Assembly (NCBI RefSeq): GCF_006345805.1
Contig: NW_021834234.1
Span: 9,572 to 73,571, forward strand
DNA from: Octopus sinensis
Taxonomy: Eukaryota
Direction of reading: 5' to 3'
Length of the DNA stretch: 64,000 nt
How positions within the stretch are numbered: the stretch's first letter is position 1; each line of letters opens with the position of its first letter. The notes beneath the pieces were generated by a model. It had not been told where the DNA came from. It did not search any database and worked only from the letters and a program-made list of their open reading frames with translations. This document shows, piece by piece, positions 59,061 through 64,000 of the stretch. Position numbers and translations under genes: made by a program.

Positions 59061-62000
59061 CTAAAACAGTGCCCCAATGCAATACTAGACAGTGGCTCTC
59101 ATGGCTTCTGATCTTAACTGATTGAAAGTGTTATCATGTACAGTGTTTTGTTTTGGTATAAAAGATGGGCTGCAGCAAATATTCTGCTCAACATCACAGA
59201 TTTATTTGTCAGTTGTTTGACGTTAACCATTTGAGCATGTCCCTTAGGGGCTGACGATATGTGCATCTCTGATCACGAGTAGAAGTAGTGGGGGAGCATT
59301 ATAGCCATGTGTTGAGAAGAATTCCTTGGGGTTTGAATTATTCACGTCTGGAAACATGGGTGTTTCATTCAATATCCTTAAACAACCCTTATTCGGGGAC
59401 CTTTGGAGTGGGATGGGTTACTCGACCAGAAGAAAATTCTAACTGGGCCCTACCTGCAAGGTCATGCACTGTTTATCTTGTTATGAGATCACCATGTTGC
59501 ACACATGTGGTTGTGATACATGTACCTGGTGTACTCTAATCAGACGGGTAGTCATAACGGATATACTGGGCTTCATTTATTTTACCTTGGTGTCATTTGA
59601 TGGCATGCACTGCTCTCTCAATAATAATAATTCATGCTTTATTCAACACTGAATGTTAATATAAAGGTTTGGGAATGGCACAGACCAATATAACACAAAA
59701 GGGATGTTATTTGATTGGGTATAAAAGTGATACCACTAAAAATTATAAAATATAAATCCCCAAAAGAGAGAGGCTTCCAATGGTTGCTCATGAAACACCA
59801 CAAAAAAACTATGATCACCTAGACTGCTAAGGTAAGTGCCCTCTCCCCTTCAGCTACCCTCGATCTAGAAGGCATAGCCGTAGTGTAGGCTGATTCACTC
59901 AGGTCATTTGCCCTACATTCACTCACTTCTTAACAAAATCACTGGAATGCAGTACTTCCTTCTCTATCCTCACTTTCTTTCCAAGTGAAACTTGAACAAA
60001 TTGATGAGAGCTTGGCTGAAAAGGAAAATTTCAATCTTCAAGCCCTTTCAACTTAGTCCACCACACAACTTCTTTTGCACCAGACAAAGAAACACAGCCT
60101 GCCCTCCCAGTTAAAGGAAAGCAGTGGGATGATCTTTACGAAGGAAAGAATGGTTGGGAAGTGAATGAGAGTGTGCAGAAAAGATTTGTCACTTTGTGCA
60201 CACCTCAGGCAAGCCCAGCTACAGCACTTCCTTGCCAGTAGAGTTTATACTGAACTGGCAATGCCCTTCAGTAGCACTGTCAGGGCAAGGTTTTCTGGAA
60301 GCTATCCATGGCCCCAGCTCGAAAATCCTCTGCTACAGACCAAAATCTCCCCAAGTATATTGTCACGCTTGTTCGCCATTAACCCTCTATAGAATACCTG
60401 AATGGAACTTCACCTGACTATATTGGCCAACTGACAGAGGACTGTGAGTGCCTGAAGACACTCTAGGTGCCAAATGTCCTACTTTGGTCTGTGCTTGATT
60501 CAGGGCTGCAGCTCAAAAGAGACAAGCTGTAGGAAATCATGTCTGTTAAATGGTGACCACGCATGTTCACCATCTATGAAGCACTGGAGATGTCACAGCC
60601 TCAGTGCATATCTGTGCATCAGCAGCCATGGCATACCCAGCTCTACATTCAGTGGGTATTGACAGCAAATGGAGTGCCTGACAAGTAAAATGTGTCCCTT
60701 TCACAGAAAGTGGGTTCATTTGCTCCAGTTTGGTCAGATTTGAACTGTGGCAGGGCATGATGGTCAGGCGATATGATATGACAGATGCAATGTCTGAGCA
60801 GGTTTGCAAGCCTTTTACCCCACCCCACCCCTTTTTCTCTCTTGTAGCCCCACACAGTCCAAACACGGATCTAAGACGGTACTTCATTCACCCACTAACA
60901 CTAAAGGGCAGGGTGCTCAAAGGAAAGCCTCCGGACGTCTGAAGCAGACTGGATGTCCTGTTCCTGCAGAGCATAAACAGTCACCAGTCTGAAGGGACCC
61001 CCATCACTATTGTCCAGCATCACCAACTTCCCTCCTGGGGCGTATCTGGATCAACACCACTGTTCCACCACCCATCCCTCGTTGGAATGGAGATAAATAT
61101 ACGTTGCATCCATCAAAAATGGACATGAAAGCTTTAGTTGGTCAGAGAATCTGGTTTTACTGATGGCCACTACATTGACACTTAGTGACATGAGGTCATT
61201 GAGTAGACGGCCCTTGTTGCCAAGGCAACCCCAGGCCACTCCCATTTATACTGCTGACTCTGAGTAGGGTTAGATCAAAGTATAGAAACGAGGAATTGAC
61301 TTAGTTGGTGAGGAGGGGATGGATGTTCCATCTCCATGGATATATGTGGATGTTTCCACAAGCAGTTCTTTACATATTCGTCTCAATTTATGACTCTCTG
61401 GAAAGCCCCCCAACCCGACCCACCTCAGGATATTTTGTTTTGATGGTATTATATGTAGGTCGTGATGTCTGTATGACTTCAATATGTGTCTCTGGCTTGT
61501 TTCTCGGTGACATCAGGGTTGGTGTGTGTTGTGTGTGATTTCTATGGTTATATATGTGGATGCATTAGCTTTTTTGTTTTACTTTGTTGGTGTTTGTTGC
61601 TTTGTGGGGTAGTTCACATCTCTTGTTTGTTATTAACAGAAAGCTTTGGGATGGTTTGTATCCTTGCACAGCTGACATCTTGGTTTTCTACCCTCAATAG
61701 CCACATAAAGCTTTGTGCCATCCTGTAGACTAAAACACTTTGCTCGTCTGCCTGTATTAGTAGCACCATCCCCTGTTCTGTTTATGTCTGGTAGGATGTT
61801 GAAAGTTCTTCGACCAAGATAGATGGGAATAATGATTAGTTTCTCAGTTTTTAGGGTAGCTGCCGAGTGATTTTTTGGTTTCCTCCTTTGAGATGAACCT
61901 CACTTTGACAGTCCCATATTTCTTTCCCTTGGCTACATAAGTTTTGCTTTTCCAAACTGGTTTTAAGCATTTCTCTATATGCTACTGTGTTGCCTGCTCC

Positions 62001-62200
62001 ACTTTCCTACTTTTGGCTCCAGTTGTTTCATATAGAACTGTCCACAAATGAATTTTTGGGGTCCAGTTCTATGAATGTTTAATACCATTTTTCTGCTACA
62101 TTTTGCACTCTTGAATTCATTTCCATTGATAAAAATGTCTTCACTTCATTCTCTGGTCACTCTTGCAAAGTTGAAATTGTTACGACAAGATTTGCATGTC
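58917..62200 (-). mobile_element. Decayed Tx1-like LINE (same family as 26284-31386), interrupted
   Basis: IPIYLGRRTFNI (ORF1), KGRLLNDL..VVAISKTR (EN), IASVISYRL; 3' end CCCTTGTGGGAAAATAAA matches the end at ~31365. Confidence 0.7.
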
Positions 62201-63443
62201 TCATTCTTGCTCATTTTCTCTCTTTCTCTCTCTCTCCTCTTGTTTTTCCTCTGCCTAGGTAATCAAATACCTCCTTCACACCAATTTCTGGCCTCTTTCG
62301 CGTACCTCTTTCTCTGTCCCTCGGTAACCATGTCTCTCCTCTATAGCAAGACATCGCTCTCTGCTTCTTTATTTCTCTGTCACACTCTAACATTTCATCA
62401 TCTACTACTGGATCACCTCCTCCAATGCCCTCTCTGTTATGGCAAGACCCCTGTTTCTGTCTCTCTGTCACACCCTAACCTTTCATCATCTGACACAAGC
62501 TCTCCTCATCAAATGCCTTGCCCCTCTCATAATTCATTATCTTGGTGACCCTGCCAGCACTGGTGCCATGTAAAAAGCATCCACTGCACACTGTGAAATG
62601 GCTTGCATTTGGAAGGGCATCTAGCTGCAAAAATAATGCCAAAACTAACTTTGTTGTGCTAGTTCCACGTAAAATGTACTGAGTCCACTCTGCTGAGTGG
62701 TTGGTGTTAGGAAGTGCATCCAGCTGTAAAATTCCTGCCAAAACAGACACAGTAGCGAAGGGTAGTTATTTTCCACCTTGCCGGCTCCTGTCAACTGTCC
62801 AATCCATGCATGCTTAGAAAACAGATGTTAAACGATGATGCATGGCAGCTGTTTTCTTGCTGTTGTTGTCACGTTTTCTCATTAATTTCTTTTGTTCCTG
62901 TGATGGTGAAATGGGATGACAGAAGCAAGGCAAAATCGCTTTCCTAGGCCTCACATGCACTATTGTTGATGTTGTTGTTGCTTTTAAGACTTGGCTGTTC
63001 TCTCTTCTGGGGGACCAGCTCTTCTTTTCAGTGGATGAACAATTCTCGTTCCCCACCCTTGTTTTTTAGCCCAAACAATTACCAGAATGGCGCCTAAAGG
63101 CTACAGATGTGGGAAAACTAACCAGCTCCCCAAGGTCCTGGCTGGTTTAATGGAGTAATGATAACAAATGTACGATGTGTAACAATATGAATAACAACTA
63201 AACTTATGGAGCAATGTGCAATATGGGTCGATAACAACAACGATGATTACAAATTTTGGCAAAAGTCCAGAAATTTGGGGGAATGAAATAAGTCAATTAC
63301 ATTGACCCCAGTGTGTCACTGGTACTTAATTTATTGATCCCAATAGGATGAGGGGTGAAGTTGACCTCAGTGGAATTTGAACTCAGAACGTAAAGCACTT
63401 TCCCCAACATGTTAACAATTCTGCCAGGTCACTGCTGTAATAT

Positions 63444-63484
<41 letters not shown>

Positions 63485-63512
63485 ATGATGATGACGACGA
63501 CGACGACGACGA

Positions 63513-64000
63513 CCATAAACCCGAAGGCATCATCACAAATGATAATGAAAAAATCCTGTGGGAGTTTATGATTCAGTGCGACCATGAGACAGAATAGGAA
63601 TCCAGACAGTCTTAATCGAGAAAGAAAGCAAACGGTGCTGACAACAAGGTATGCGATAAGGAAGAAAGAAAAGTCGAGAGATATGACAGGTTAGCTTGGG
63701 AGGTTAAGCAGTAGTGGTGGATGAAAAAGGTGGTAATGGTACTAATAATTGTTGGAGCCCTGGGAAAAGTGATTAAAAATCTCAAGAAGTACACGGAACA
63801 AATAGGGGCTGCAATAAGGGTGGAGCACTTGCAGAAAACAGCACTGCTTGGACCCACTCGAATACTCTGGAAGGTGCTCGAAAAACAAGGGGTGTTACCT
63901 CAGTTCACTGGTAGTGAACAGCTGACACCGTAGTACATCTCCAGCGTTAGAAGCTGTGTAATGACAATAATAATAATAATGATAATGATAATAATAATAG
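63513..64000 (+). mobile_element. R4/Dong-like LINE 3' fragment with (TAA)n tail, next to a (GAT/GAC)n tract
   Basis: HKPEGI..KILWEFMIQCD..IIVGALG..LQKTALLG. Confidence 0.82.

Noticed and set aside
63409-63597. Poly-Asp ORF
   Set aside because: (GAT/GAC)n microsatellite fused to a LINE fragment

Overview
AT-rich animal genomic DNA. The repeat families and (TA)n/(GAT)n load suggest an octopus-like cephalopod, which is an inference. The window opens with about 21 copies of a ~210-bp tandem satellite (1-4547). One host gene is visible: the 3' part of a minus-strand PARP14/15-like gene (macro, KH-like, WWE and catalytic ART domains, H-Y-I triad). I reconstructed it by hand from 9 well-supported GT-AG exons (55379 down to the stop at 7760) plus one tentative exon. 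It has a 31.4-kb last intron that splits the catalytic domain and an apparent 1-nt frameshift in the KH/WWE exon. The rest is nested mobile DNA: RTE, CR1, Tx1/L1 and R4-like LINEs, Penelope-like elements, Helitrons, mariner/maT, hAT and piggyBac MITEs, a solo LTR and tRNA-derived SINEs. Notable signals are (i) six type-I hammerhead ribozyme motifs, one essentially intact and one forming the tail of a TSD-flanked tRNA-headed SINE, and (ii) a complete PHD finger inserted inside the reverse transcriptase of the dominant RTE LINE family. All calls are by eye and coordinates of degenerate repeats are approximate.
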